Origin: an uncultured Methanosarcinaceae archaeon
Lineage (GTDB): Archaea > Halobacteriota > Methanosarcinia > Methanosarcinales > Methanosarcinaceae
Assembly: GCA_963721455.1 (NCBI GenBank)
Contig: CAVRJG010000053.1
Coordinates: forward strand, 96,001 to 160,000
Reading direction: 5' to 3'
Length of the DNA stretch: 64,000 nt
The notes below the pieces were generated by a model. That model had not been told where the DNA came from. It worked only from the letters and a program-made list of their open reading frames with translations, and searched no databases. This document shows, in pieces, positions 46,201 through 57,606 of the stretch. The position numbers and the translations under genes are program-made. Within the stretch, counting starts at the first letter, position 1. Every line of letters starts with the position of its first letter.

Positions 46201-46550
46201 TCATTTGCACTGGCTTGAGAGTACAGTTCTCGATAGTATTCATTAGATTTAAAGTCACTTAGCTGTGCATTATTAGACAATCTACTTAATAAATTGCAAA
46301 CTGTTGTATCATGCGTCGAGTTAAATAAGAATGGGTCCTTTAATTTTTTTGGATCAGTCGAATCGTCGTAGCAGGTAAATAAAGAACCATCTTTCAAATA
46401 TTTCTCAAGGAGGGTGTACTCAATATAAGCAAGTACTTCCCCAAGATCAAAATTTTCCTGTTCAATGCGCTTACAAACATATATGCTAAAATAGGGGTCG
46501 TGAAGAACTCTCATTATGAAGAGTCCGTTAAGCAGCCTTTGTCTGTACAC
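43230..46550 (-). CDS. Large TPR-like protein with a C-terminal HEPN-like domain
   Basis: 1106-aa ORF with TPR-like helices; DFSLAFVEYGKGLE and YRNGDAH motifs; start uncertain. Confidence 0.8.
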   Translation of the reverse strand: MYRQRLLNGLFIMRVLHDPYFSIYVCKRIEQENFDLGEVLAYIEYTLLEKYLKDGSLFTCYDDSTDPKKLKDPFLFNSTHDTTVCNLLSRLSNNAQLSDFKSNEYYRELYSQASANEDNDVLDALSSIEDINNWISIRWQDDSPFSWGGVCDNSSERLINCSRKYLGESFSEKDKEGLFFHELEKRKTLESLDFADFRYQSRFLYENIKPYFRRLYAGGELFTESPLFALFNSSPEFVLKVETLLKKYEFIKSQNDKEIAKFLKFYMDSIFISQFFWFKSLSEENKITLLNRYCDDLNICISDTNLSVFGKRSFLYYLAYNEARKLYEERDYESSICIFSTIQKNTNDQYLNYLCASWIAEIYQETNEYSLSLRYYKKAYGISRFFTLHTRISSTLESLKKIHGSHRLGRFFKLNTKPHFVQYIELSNMAIMYCHLKDKHKANECFEKLNQELEGFSIPKKISILYDLALYFGDHQDLLKFKFLHILVELADIYEDSMVDAIEEDINEEIFPLFKLNEYWTREKCAREWITNIRSLALKHINEIEIDFTIFSDNSDKEWVDLVIVHEDNRFLQYKLSTKGNKIGIILEASGVRSKVFDTFSITSYTLEPKKSIIRLENTIKELKKIDRKENTKFEISGEVLKLHDVIQRLKLECSKCYYTLEDFKKAEVILIEVISDSTEEDILFRAHCLLGLVLIKVWDIRSGIRELEEALDLIRTEEALSDCCWDIFEVCKDELIYFNNNDLFYKVLHPIIDKINSKNKNKKEYWKNGYLIAVKQFNEFGLTVEAGHLIERGLSFEKNELVKVALLEEKAYLKYFGKDYAEAEDILKEIVRVSFKKQNDSLEYLLFCSSAQHKISVLYAGKREFKEAYKCMDCAINKLQMYNNSKGVQNSGCKLKRYEELKEIYDIFSRNVINLSKIKDKKIIDIFKTAEEVILDAVQRKKSVDFDFSLAFVEYGKGLETYLHDNFSVKLRKEVLGKHGSPVPDIYWWGDEAEDIERIPFELRNPLRKTDSRTINLGALEGLIENTFNVNIESINNPYVKDSYKFIRNFMPQEKWNIVSEACALVSKYRNGDAHYGKRPLKDIFRYRENIIGEINKVIGIVVGI

Positions 46551-46575
46551 GCATTTTTTTGATTCAATGTTTCTA

Positions 46576-47828
46576 GTGCATCGATTCCATACTTCTTGAA
46601 TAAAAATTAATATAATACTTTAATTATAATAATATTTATGGGTCGTATAAGCCGCCGTTCCAAGTTATCACTTACTAGAGAAGAAGAAGATTACTTGATT
46701 AAGTTAAGTAATTCCAGAAGTCAATCAGCAAGCCTTGTTGAACGAGCTAAAATTGTGCTTTTAAGTGTTCAGGGAATAAACGATACTGAAATCTCTCTGG
46801 AATTAAACGTTGCTTACAATACCGTAAGAACTCGAATACAAAGAGTTTTGGATTTTGGAGTTAGAGAAAGCCTGAAGGACAAAAAAGGAGGTGGAAGACC
46901 AAGAACTATTACAGACGAATCTCGTGCATGGATGATCAAGATTGCATGTATGAAACCAAAAGATTTTGGGTATCCACATGAAATATGGACACAGAGACTC
47001 TTAACTAAATATGTGCAGAAAAACTGTGTCAAGGAAGGACATCCTGAATTATCAAAGATAAGTCAGGGAACGATTTCAAAAATCTTGAATGCAAGTAGCA
47101 TAAAACCACATAAAATCAAGTATTACACCGCCAAAGTGGACCCAGATTTTGATGAAAAGGCAACGAAAGTTTTGGGCACATATAAAGAAGTTAAAAAACT
47201 AAAAAAAATTAAAAAAAAGAAAACGTTAGATAGAGCAATATTTTCATGTGATGAAAAAACAGGTATTCAAGCTATTGGAAATAAGTATCCAGATCTGATG
47301 CCAGTAGAAGGAAAATATCCTAAGATGGCAAGGGATCATGAGTATATTAGACATGGTACTCTTTCATTATTTGCTTGTACTGATCTGATTACTGGGAAAG
47401 TTCATCACAAAGTTTTTGAAAAAAATAGAAGTCGTGAGTTTATTGAGATTTTGAAAGAAATAATTTCAGATTACCAGGATACAAAAATAGTCGTGATTCT
47501 TGATAACTACATAATACACATATCAGAAGAAACTAAAAAATATCTAAGTACCTTGAAAAAGGGAAAGTTAAAGTTCGTATTCACACCAATACATGGAAGC
47601 TGGTTGAATATTATTGAAAGTTTCTTCAGCAAAATGATTAGAAGCTTTTTAAGGGCAATAAGAGTAGAATCTGCAGAGGAATTGAAGGATAGGATTGCTC
47701 AATACATAAATTTACTCAATGAGGAACCTGTGATATTTATGTGGAAATATAAAGTTGAAGAAAAAGATAAGATTCCCGGTGGAATTACGATATGAAAAAA
47801 ATATGCAATTAATTTGGAATCGATGCAC
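46576..47828 (+). mobile_element. IS630-family element (transposase 46638-47795)
   Basis: IRs gtgcatcgattcca and tggaatcgatgcac; TA duplication; DEK, HEYIRHGT, LDN and SWLNIIE motifs. Confidence 0.96.
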
Positions 47829-47857
47829 TAGATTTAAAACACGCTAATCAATGTAAA

Positions 47858-49303
47858 TTGATATTCACTAGAATTAAAAAGAGAAATAATTTTAAACTAT
47901 GTAATTTATTTTGCTCAATATATGGTCATAAAAATAACGTTGAAAAGGCAACTGAATATAATGAAAAATGTTTCCAAATAGCTGAACTCGAAAAGAAAGA
48001 TGAATTGATAGCTGTTGCACTCGCAAATAAAGCGAGTCTATTCGAGAACAAGGACAACGAACTCAGATTGAATCACTACATAGAAGCGTTGGAAATTCTT
48101 GAAAGCTTTGAAGACTTAGAAAACGTGGCAAATGTTTCCAAAAACATCGCAATTGTTTATTCAGAGATGGGAAATTTTGGAGAAGCCTATAAATTCATTA
48201 GGAGATCTTTGGAAATACACAACGAAAGGAGCGCCCTTTACAGCATTGCAGTTACTAAATTTTCATTCGCCACAATATATTTCAAAGATCCTGCAAAACC
48301 CGTAAGCTACGATCAAATAATTGAATGCTTTGAAGATGTTTTTGAAATATATGACAAGATCGGTCACAAAAGAGGAGTCGCAGAAACTCTATCTTCAATT
48401 GGGAATGTATATAGTAAAATTGGGAATCTTAGACTGGCAATAAAAAATACTCAGGAAGCTTTTGAAATATATGAGAAAATAAATGATAAAGAAAAAGCTG
48501 TAGACAGCCTATTCTCAATTGCTAACATATATACAAAGGCTAAAAATTTTGAACTATCTATAGAAACCCTTCGAAAAGCCCGCGATTTACATTCATCATT
48601 TAATCAAGAGAGAAACAGAGAAGATTTAGTAATATCTCTAGCAGAAGTTCTTTTATTAGCAGGAAATCCCAAAGAAGCCCTTGATGAAGTATACAAAATT
48701 ATTGAGTTAGGTAATGAAAAAGATTCTTTAAAAAATAGGGAACAAGCTTTAGCACTTTTCTTCGCCACAGTTTCATCTATTATGCTAAACGAAGTTAATC
48801 AATCTTCTCAGTTTTTACAAAAAATTGGAAAATTAGATAATAAAGAGTTTGAAGTAAACTGGGACTTTTCAGACATTGAACCTACTCTAACCAAGTTGGG
48901 GGAAAATAAACAATTGCTCTTAGATGCAATAGCTCTTTTGAAGGGTGAAACAAGTTTTCCGATTATCAGACCTGAAGGTATTCAGATATTAGAAGAAGAG
49001 AAAGGCAAAGAATCGGAAGTTTATCATCCTTTTGTTGGGTGTTTAACACTTTCGGCGATCGATAGCGACTTAGAGAAACTAATTAAACAAATTGATCAAT
49101 CTCAAACGATTAACTTTGACACGTCCAGTATATTGGGTTTAGAACGTAAAAAAGCATTATTAATGTTAGGACTTTTGTCAAAAAAAGGAATTTGCGAAGT
49201 ACAATTCTTGGAAGGACAAAATTATGGATTAAAATTAACTAAAAAAGGATTAAAACTACTAAAATCTATTTTAATATCTGGAAAACACATATCTTCGTCA
49301 TGA
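47858..49303 (+). CDS. TPR protein with a C-terminal winged-helix-like segment, probably 5'-truncated
   Basis: About 40-aa TPR repeats (GVAETLSSIGNVY); LSKKGI...LKLTKKG; TTG start without RBS. Confidence 0.75.
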   Translation: MIFTRIKKRNNFKLCNLFCSIYGHKNNVEKATEYNEKCFQIAELEKKDELIAVALANKASLFENKDNELRLNHYIEALEILESFEDLENVANVSKNIAIVYSEMGNFGEAYKFIRRSLEIHNERSALYSIAVTKFSFATIYFKDPAKPVSYDQIIECFEDVFEIYDKIGHKRGVAETLSSIGNVYSKIGNLRLAIKNTQEAFEIYEKINDKEKAVDSLFSIANIYTKAKNFELSIETLRKARDLHSSFNQERNREDLVISLAEVLLLAGNPKEALDEVYKIIELGNEKDSLKNREQALALFFATVSSIMLNEVNQSSQFLQKIGKLDNKEFEVNWDFSDIEPTLTKLGENKQLLLDAIALLKGETSFPIIRPEGIQILEEEKGKESEVYHPFVGCLTLSAIDSDLEKLIKQIDQSQTINFDTSSILGLERKKALLMLGLLSKKGICEVQFLEGQNYGLKLTKKGLKLLKSILISGKHISSS

Positions 49304-49480
49304 TACTTGCTCTTTTACGTTGCAAGTTGAAGTATCATAAAAGAGAATACTGAAGAATATTTACTAAGCAATATGCTTTTTAATGCTGCTTTGCTTGCTA
49401 TTCAGTAAAATACTTGAATCACGGTTCCTATGACTTGTTATGTTCCCTACATGCCAATAAAAAAGTAGTTTCCGTATTAG

Positions 49481-51120
49481 CTTGACATTGTCAAATTAAA
49501 TCATTATTGCAGATATCGAAACCTATTTCCACTCAAATCTACTCCATCTTGAAACTTTTTACCTTCCCATTTTTGTTTCTTCTATTTTCTTCTTAATCAA
49601 TAGTTGCCTTAATTTCACTGTCATAAATTTTTCCTGCTAAAATTGCATACTTACCAGTAACCAGAACAAGAATCCAATTTCTCTAATCCGAAAAATTATG
49701 AACTTCTTAACCTGCTAACTCTTGCCTTCCTTCTCAGCTCATTATCTTGATTTAATATTCTTGCAATTTCCCAAGCATCGATTCTTTTCAATGGATTATG
49801 GTACTTCAGTATCCATATGATCCCAGGAATTGAAATCTTATACATTTTGTTGAATTTTTTCAGATAAGAGAGTAAAATAAGCATTGCAAGCATTACCAAT
49901 GCCATATGATGGTGCCATGCATTCCAATTTCTCACCATATATTCTGCCATTCCACAGTTTCCCTTTGCATCCTGAAATGCTCTCTCAATCCAATACCTTG
50001 AACTCTGCATTTTTGCAAGTTCTTCTAATGGAGCATCCTCAGAAGCGTTGCATAATGAGTATTTTATTTCATTTGATTCTGAATCTTTACTTATGAGAAG
50101 CCATAGTGGCTTCTCACAAGGCAAGTTATTCTGACGTCTCCAAACCTTTATGGCCTTAAAATAGACTTTTTTGTACCCTCTTTCCGTTTTTCTAACTTTG
50201 ATAAGTTTCCATCCTTCAATTAAACTGGAAAGAAAATCAACCCTTGTTGATAATGTATTCAAAACTTTGGGAATAACAGGTTTCCTTCCTCTTGTTCCCT
50301 TTTTCTCAGGAATCCCAACTAATGGTTTCTCAATATAGACGAGAGTATCAACAGCTATGTCTGCAACGAAAGTTAAGCCTCTACTTTCAAGTTCTGTCAA
50401 TAACTCAGGATTTTCACCGTAGAATCCATCCATTGTGACATAGGAGAAAGGAATACCTTCTTCTATTGCATTATCAATCATTTCAAGACCAAGTTCATAC
50501 TTGGTTCGGAACTTTATCTCCTCACGAGGAATTTTAGCCTTTAAACAACGTGCCTTGTCATCAATCCATTTTTGTGGGAGATATAATCTCTCATCAATCA
50601 ACATTCTCTTATTTTTCTTAAAATAAGCAAGGAATACGCCAACCTGACAATTATCCTTTTTTCCAAGGTTACCGCAATACTGATGAGAAACTCCGACAGA
50701 ACTATTTCCAGATTTTTTTATGCTTGATTCGTCAAGTATAAGAACACCATTTTTACCTATAGTTTGAATGGCTTTTGTTCGAACAGATTTGAGGAGATCT
50801 GCAGAACGCCAAGGAGAAGTTGAGAGGAAATGGCTTAGTGATTGGTTGTTAGAGCATTTACAACAGTAAATTGCCATTTTTCTCATATTTTTCCTATAGG
50901 GGAGGAGAAGCAAACCATTAAGGTAATCAATACAGGTTAAAACCATACAACGAGTTTTCGTTTGAAAATAGAATTCAAGATGCTTCTCTGAAATGTATTT
51001 TTCTACAGAGATATTATTTGACTTGATGAAGTCAGCTGTTATTTGTTTCACTAAACCAAATTTATAGGGGAAAAATTATACTTCACGGTAGACGTGAAAA
51101 GGAAATGTGACAAAGTCAAG
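49481..51120 (-). mobile_element. IS701-family element (transposase 49696-51051)
   Basis: IRs cttgacattgtca and tgacaaagtcaag; TSD TTAG; QYCGNLGKKDNCQ, RLYLP and RYWIERAF motifs. Confidence 0.96.
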
Positions 51121-51161
51121 TTAGATTTAAATTTCATAAAAAGATTTGTATTTATTGACAG

Positions 51162-51791
51162 ATGAGTAAAATGCATACTGAAAGCAATAATCTTCAGGAT
51201 TACCTCAAAAAGAGTGAAGTCATAAACTATGATCACAGGTTGATTGTTGATAAGTGCCTTGAATTAAAAGAAGGCACCGACGACGAAATCAGCCTGATTA
51301 AGAAGGTTTATGAGTTTGTTCGGGATGAGATTCATCATTCAGGGGATATAGGGGAAATAAGAGTTACCTGTAAGGCATCAGAGGTTTTAGAGTTTGGTCA
51401 TGGAATATGTTGTGCTAAAGCTCATCTGCTTGCAGCCATGCTGAGATTTTTTGGGATACCGGCTGGATTTTGTTATCAGAAACTTTGTTCAAGTCAGGAT
51501 GTTGATAAGAAATTCTTGCACGGCTTAAACGCTGTATATTTAAAAGATTTAAACCGATGGATAAGATTAGATGCAAGAGGTAATAAGCCGGGTCTGGATG
51601 CTCAGTTTTCCATATACGAAGAAAAGATTGCAAAGCCCGTTAGAAAAGAGCTTGGGGAAGAAGATAATCCCGTAATATTCATAGAGCCCAATCCGACTGT
51701 TGTTGAAATATTAAAGAAAAGTAATAACATGAAAGAATTATGGATGCAGTGGGAACTTGCGCTGAGAGACTTGTTTAGCACAAGGAATTAA
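51162..51791 (+). CDS. Transglutaminase-like protein
   Basis: GICCAKAHL, LHGLNAV and WIRLDARG (Cys-His-Asp triad). Confidence 0.9.
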   Translation: MSKMHTESNNLQDYLKKSEVINYDHRLIVDKCLELKEGTDDEISLIKKVYEFVRDEIHHSGDIGEIRVTCKASEVLEFGHGICCAKAHLLAAMLRFFGIPAGFCYQKLCSSQDVDKKFLHGLNAVYLKDLNRWIRLDARGNKPGLDAQFSIYEEKIAKPVRKELGEEDNPVIFIEPNPTVVEILKKSNNMKELWMQWELALRDLFSTRN

Positions 51792-51817
51792 TTTGGGATT
51801 TGTGCAGTCGCGGTTTT

Positions 51818-52498
51818 TTATATCCAGCCGTTGGATTCAAGAAATTCAATAGCTTCTACAGTTCCGTCTCCAAATGAGGCTTCTGTCACGTAATTGGCAG
51901 CTTCCTTTATTTTTTCATCTCCGTTTCCGACAGCAATCCCGAAACCTGAAGCCTCAAACATCTCTACGTCGTTTGCTGAGTCTCCTATTGCTACAAAATC
52001 TTCAGCTTCAAGCCCCATCATACTTGCAAGTTTCTGGAGTCCTACACCTTTGTTAATTCTGATGCTCTTGATGTGGATAGCATATTTGGTATCAACCATT
52101 TCGACATCAAAGTTTTGAGTTTTTAGAAGGGCTCTGGCTTTTTTAAGGTCAAAATCTCTCCTGAGTGCAATCTCGGTTTTTCGGTATAAAGGGTCAAGTT
52201 TGGTGAACTTGAAATGCTCGGAAAGAAAAGAATAGGCTTTCTCGCATTCTTCCAGGCTTTCCTCAAAAGTGCCTTGCAAATCGAAGCGGACAGTAATAGC
52301 CCCTCCGTTTTCTGCGATTACAGCCCCATCCAGGCCAATAAGCTTTGATGCAGTTCTTGCATAACATAAAGTATTTCCTGTGGCAAGCACGACCGGGACT
52401 TTAAGAGAACGGATTTTTTTGACGGCTCCCAGATGCAGTTCTCTTTTCTCGCAGGTGATTGTGCCGTCGATGTCAACAACAATGGCTTTGAATTTCAT
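51818..52498 (-). CDS. Archaeal phosphoglycolate phosphatase (HAD family)
   Basis: DIDGTIT, LATGN, AENGG and GDSANDVEMF motifs. Confidence 0.93.
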   Translation of the reverse strand: MKFKAIVVDIDGTITCEKRELHLGAVKKIRSLKVPVVLATGNTLCYARTASKLIGLDGAVIAENGGAITVRFDLQGTFEESLEECEKAYSFLSEHFKFTKLDPLYRKTEIALRRDFDLKKARALLKTQNFDVEMVDTKYAIHIKSIRINKGVGLQKLASMMGLEAEDFVAIGDSANDVEMFEASGFGIAVGNGDEKIKEAANYVTEASFGDGTVEAIEFLESNGWI

Positions 52499-52632
52499 TA
52501 AAAAAGATTGGGAATGGATAGATAAAACGTTTCCCTATCCATGAATATATACCCATCCGGATTTGGTTTTCAGAATCGTATTGAGTTACCGGTCTACATT
52601 TTAATATACCCTATCGTTAACTGGGTCTGTTG

Positions 52633-55184
52633 TCAGATATTATTTCTTATTTTGCTCTTGAGTAATCTAAGCCACGCAATACTTAGAGTTCCCACAATAA
52701 ACACAATCAGCAAGTCGTCACCGTGCAGCAGTGAGAAGCGGAACAGACTTCTTAAAGCCGGCACATACAGAACCAGAAGAAGGCCTGACAGCGCTCCTAC
52801 GAGCACATACCTTAACGCTTTGTTTTCCGACTTTAACGTTTTGATTAGGCTCTGTGACCAGGAAAGATTTGCCACAATTAAAGTAAGGTTGGCAATTACG
52901 AGCGTAGCGAATGTAAGTGTGCGTGCTTCGACTTCACCCTTGCCCATATATAATGCGTACAGGAAAACGACAATTACTCCTGCAAGCATGCTTGTGCCCT
53001 GCAACAGGCTCAGGGCTAGACCTTTTCTTCCAAACATTCTTTCCTGCAAATTTCGAGGTGGCCTATTCATTATGTTTTTCTCTTCAGGTTCAGCCTCAAA
53101 GACTGTTGAACAGGCCGGGTCAATTATCAGCTCAAGGAACGCTATATGGGCAGGTAAAAGGACCAGAGGCAAATTAAACAATATAGGGAACAAGGCTAGC
53201 CCTGCAATAGGCATGTGGACTGAGAATATGTAACCTATTGCTTTCTTGAGGTTATCGAAAATCCTCCTGCCCAGCCTGACAGCTGCAACTATGGATAAGA
53301 AATCATCGTTCAGAAGGACAATTGATGCAGACTCGCGGGCTACATCCGTACCCCTTTCTCCCATTGCAATCCCGATGTGAGCGGATTTCAAGGCAGGTGC
53401 ATCATTTACCCCATCGCCTGTCATTGCAACAACTTCACCGTTTAATTTTAAGGCATTTACAATTGTCAGTTTTTGTTCAGGCACAACCCGGGCGAAAATA
53501 TTTGTTGTTTTGATTTTCTCTGCAAGCTCAGTCCTTGCTCCATGCTGGCAAGCTCAGGGCCGGTAATGTACTTATCCGGATCTTTTAAACCGATCTGTCT
53601 TGCGATATGCTGGGCTGTACCGGGATAATCTCCCGTAATCATAATGACTCTTAATCCGGCTGTATAGCATTCCTTTACTGATTGGGCAACCTCTGGCCGG
53701 ACCGGGTCGACAAAACCAAGCAATCCTATAAATTCAAATTCGAAATCATGCTGTTTTTCAGGCAAAGAGTCATCCTGAAAACTGGCTTTAGCCACCCCTA
53801 GAAGCCTCAACCCTTTGTCTGCCATCTTCTGGACCTGGGACAGCAATTCCTCTTTTTCGGCCTCATTGAGATGGCATAACTCGAAAATAGCTTCAGGTGC
53901 GCCTTTTGTAGCGACAACATGTTTCCGGTGGTCGTTAGATTCCCATACATTTGATAGTGCAAGTAAGTTTTTTGAGAGAGGATATTCCCGGATTAGTTTC
54001 CATTCGCGGTGTATGTCCTCATGGTCTGGAAGGAATTTTTCAGTGCTTTTTTTGATCTCTTTCTCCAGCGGATCAAAGGGATCCTGCTGACTTGCCAGAT
54101 AGCCGAATTCAAGCAGCTCATGGAACTTCTCAAGCAGGCACTCATTTTTATCGATCTCACAGGATTCATTTCCTGAATATATGGAGCTTAAGATCATCCT
54201 GTTCAGTGTCAAAGTCCCTGTTTTATCCACGCAGAGCACTGTCGAAGAGCCAAGAGTCTCAATAGCAGGCATGCGCCGTACCAGAACATTCCTTTTGGAC
54301 ATGCGCCATGCGCCCATACTAAGGAATATAAGCAAAACCACTGAAAACTCTTCAGGGAGAAGAGCCATGCTCAAACTCAGTCCTGCCAGTAATCCGTGCA
54401 GCCAATCTCCTCTGGTTAATCCGTAGACTACTACTACAAGGGCACAGAGAATTCCTCCGACAATAGCAAAATTCTTTACAATTAAGGCTGTCTCTTTCTT
54501 TAGCAGAGAGTCTTCTTCGGCAATCGTCCCCAGAGCTTTTCCGATCTTGCCCATCTCGGTGTGTATCCCTGCTGCACTTACCTGAGCTACTCCGTGGCCC
54601 TGAATCACCAGTGTCCCGGAATATACAAACGGCAGATCGTCTCCTCCGGGCTGTCCGGGCTGCAAGGACTGGGTTAAGCCGGTAGATTCGGATTTTCTAA
54701 CTGCCAGCGATTCACCTGTGAGCAACGATTCGTCTACCAGAAGATTAGTACAGGAAAGCACGACTCCATCTGCAGGAATACGGTCTCCCTCTCTTAAAAT
54801 CAGAATGTCGCCTTTAACGACTTCCCGCCCTGGAATTCTCTTCTGTTCCCCGTCTCTTATCACAAGAGCCCTTGGGCTTGAGAGATTTTTTAAAGCCTCT
54901 AATGCTCTTTCGGTCTTTCTCTCCTGGTTAAATGTTATACCCACAACCACAAAAACGAACACTAGCAGTATCAGAGCATCTTTTACTTCTCCGAGGAACA
55001 GATAAATCAGACCTGCACCTAAAAGAAGAAGCAACATAGGTTCTTTAAGAACATTCAGTAAGATGGAAAAAAGGCTCTGTTTCTTTTGGGACGGCAATTC
55101 GTTATAGCCTTCATTCTTAAGTATTTCAGCGGCTTCTGCATCTGAATGTCCAGTTATATTTTCTGGATCGAATGTTGTTTCCAT
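52633..55184 (-). pseudogene. Cation-transporting P-type ATPase (type II-like), frameshifted near 53533
   Basis: TGES, DKTGT, KGAPE and TGD lie in one frame; FARVVPEQK and TGDGVNDAPAL lie in another. Confidence 0.92.
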
Positions 55185-55650
55185 TTTTTTATACCTGCTG
55201 TAATATCCCACTATACTCATCGTGCTTTAAAATTTCGAAATTTTTGCCGGGGAATATGGATACATTGTAAGGAAATTCTCAAAAATAAATTCCAGGGAGT
55301 ATAATTATCTCAACTCTACTATAACTCTGTTATTATAGTCCTTAAATCAGTGAATTTACACTGGAAATCTAAAAGATACCCCCTTCTCTGTTTGTTTTCC
55401 ATATAAAGTCTACGTTGGATCCGGGTAGTGAGGTTGGAGGAATACCACGAATCCTGGATTAAGCGAGGAATCATGATAAGTTGCATCTGTTCAACTGGGA
55501 GATTATTTTCCACCAATACAAAACAGCGAAGAGCCAGCTATGTTGAAAACCAGGAAAACCGTGAAGAAAAAGAAGCAAATCAGCCCAGGAAAAGAAGGAG
55601 CACCCCATCAAATGAAAATGCCTGATTTTGAATGAATACATTATACCGAG

Positions 55651-55705
55651 AGCGCTGGCGCGAACATACTTCTCTGCTTGCAGAGGGTGCGCCGGCGCAA
55701 CTTTG
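55651..55705 (-). repeat. Solo copy of the IS200/605 end palindrome
   Basis: Reverse complement matches 62786-62842. Confidence 0.8.
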
Positions 55706-55798
55706 ATTGGAATTACCCCGGTATAGTATCCTATTCAGGAACAAAAATTCCAGACTTTAGAGCTGGATGAGTATAGTTACCGTCCACTTATTTTATTT

Positions 55799-56776
55799 TT
55801 ACTGATCCGTGAGTCCTGCTGTAGTAACTGCGACAATAGCTTCTCCTTCAGGCAGGTTAGGAGAGTCAACCAGACGGATGATTCTTTTTTCTCCCTTGGA
55901 TTTCCGCAGGTAGAGCCTGAAGGTTGCCGTGTGCCCCACAATATGCCCTCCGACAGGCCTTGTGGGGTCACCAAAGAAGGCATCGGGTTTTGACATGACC
56001 TGGTTTGTCACAATTATACAGGCATTGAATAAGTCCCCGAAACGAAGCAGGCCGTGCATGTGCTTATTGAGTTTCTGCTGTCTGTCTGCAAGAGTTCCCC
56101 TTCCGACGTATTCAGCCCTGAAATGAGCCATAAGAGAGTCAACGATCAGCAGGCGAACGGGTTTGCCCATTTCCCTGAGCTCGTTTGCCAGGTCTGTTGC
56201 GGAGTCCACAAGAAGTATCTGGTGATTGGAATTGTATGCTCTGGCAACATGGATATTCTGGAGAAATTCCTCAGGGTCAAGTTCCATGCCGTATTTCTCG
56301 GAAAGCCCTTTTACCATCTGGGTAATTCTTTCAGGTCTGAAGGTATTTTCAGTGTCGATTATGATAACCGAACCATTCAGGCCTCCGTGTTCCCTGTCCA
56401 TCTGGACATTGACTGCAAGCTGGTGGGCCAGCTGGGTCTTTCCGGAACCGAATTCTCCGTAAAGTTCGGTAATAGCCTGGGTTTCTATGCCCCCACCCAT
56501 CATTTCATTAAATTCCGTACAACCGGTGGTCAGCTTGCCTACTAATTTCCGCCTTTCAAGCACGACGTCTCCGGTCTCAAAGCCTCCAATATCAGCAGCC
56601 TGCCTTGCAGCATTGATGATTTTTGCAGCAGTTGATTCCCCGATCTCGGCTGTATTTGCAAGTTCAGCAGGAGAGGCTACCGCCACTGCTTCAATGGTAT
56701 TAAATCCGGCTTCTTTGAGTTTTTCTGCAGTTGCAGGGCCAACTCCGGGCAACTCTTCGAGTGATATTTCGCTCAT
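55799..56776 (-). CDS. radA: DNA repair and recombination protein RadA
   Basis: Hh[30 protein letters not shown] and TNQV motifs. Confidence 0.99.
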   Translation of the reverse strand: MSEISLEELPGVGPATAEKLKEAGFNTIEAVAVASPAELANTAEIGESTAAKIINAARQAADIGGFETGDVVLERRKLVGKLTTGCTEFNEMMGGGIETQAITELYGEFGSGKTQLAHQLAVNVQMDREHGGLNGSVIIIDTENTFRPERITQMVKGLSEKYGMELDPEEFLQNIHVARAYNSNHQILLVDSATDLANELREMGKPVRLLIVDSLMAHFRAEYVGRGTLADRQQKLNKHMHGLLRFGDLFNACIIVTNQVMSKPDAFFGDPTRPVGGHIVGHTATFRLYLRKSKGEKRIIRLVDSPNLPEGEAIVAVTTAGLTDQ

Positions 56777-57065
56777 TACAAATTACTCCTAAGATGCACA
56801 TGTTTGTATAAGGTGCATAACAGTTGCTTCACTATAGTTTTGCAGGTATATATAATTAGAGAGGGCGGGGTGAAAGTATTTGAAGAAATAGAAAAAACGC
56901 ATTCATAAGGCTCAAAACATAGCAAAAATAAAGGAAAAGAGGGTCTTTTTTGTGGGTTTAAGTTCACATAAAAAGGAAAAATGTAAAAAGAAAAGAACAA
57001 AGGAAAGCTTCCAAAAAACCGGAAAAAACCAAAACTTCTTTTTACTTAGTAGATTATCACCCATC

Positions 57066-57536
57066 ATGCCAAAGGTCGCAGTCGGTGGTACGTTTCAGTA
57101 TTTTCATGACGGACACGCCAAACTGATTGAAAAAGCATTTAAGATAGCAGAAGATGGAAAAGTCCATATAGGGCTTACCTCGGACGAGATGCTGCATAAA
57201 AACCACAGCATCGATACCTATGAAAACAGGAGAAAACGGCTGCTGAAGTACATAAAAGAGATGGGATTCCCAGACGACAGATATGAAGTTACAAGGCTGA
57301 ATGACCCCTGCGGCCCTACTATCGAAGAGGAATTCGATTATATTGTTGTCTCTCCTGAGACTTACCCGGTTGCCCTTAAAATCAACCGCGTCAGGGAAGA
57401 AAAAGGAAAGAAGCCTCTGGAAATAGTATACGTTGAATATGTAATGGCTGACGATGGAATCCCGATTTCGTCAACCAGGATTGCAAAGGGAGAAATTGAC
57501 AGGCACGGCAGACTGAAAAAGAACATTGAACATTAA
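57066..57536 (+). CDS. coaD: Phosphopantetheine adenylyltransferase
   Basis: VGGTF..FHDGH, IGLTSD, VVSPET and ISSTRI motifs. Confidence 0.92.
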   Translation: MPKVAVGGTFQYFHDGHAKLIEKAFKIAEDGKVHIGLTSDEMLHKNHSIDTYENRRKRLLKYIKEMGFPDDRYEVTRLNDPCGPTIEEEFDYIVVSPETYPVALKINRVREEKGKKPLEIVYVEYVMADDGIPISSTRIAKGEIDRHGRLKKNIEH

Positions 57537-57606
57537 AACAATTCCAGTCCAGGATTATTTTGATTTTAACTAGCTATAAATCAGGACCGAACCGTAAAGT
57601 GATAAT

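Noticed and set aside
4477-55184. Pyrrolysine (UAG) read-through explaining the split genes
   Set aside because: The breaks examined are frame changes or insertions, not in-frame amber codons
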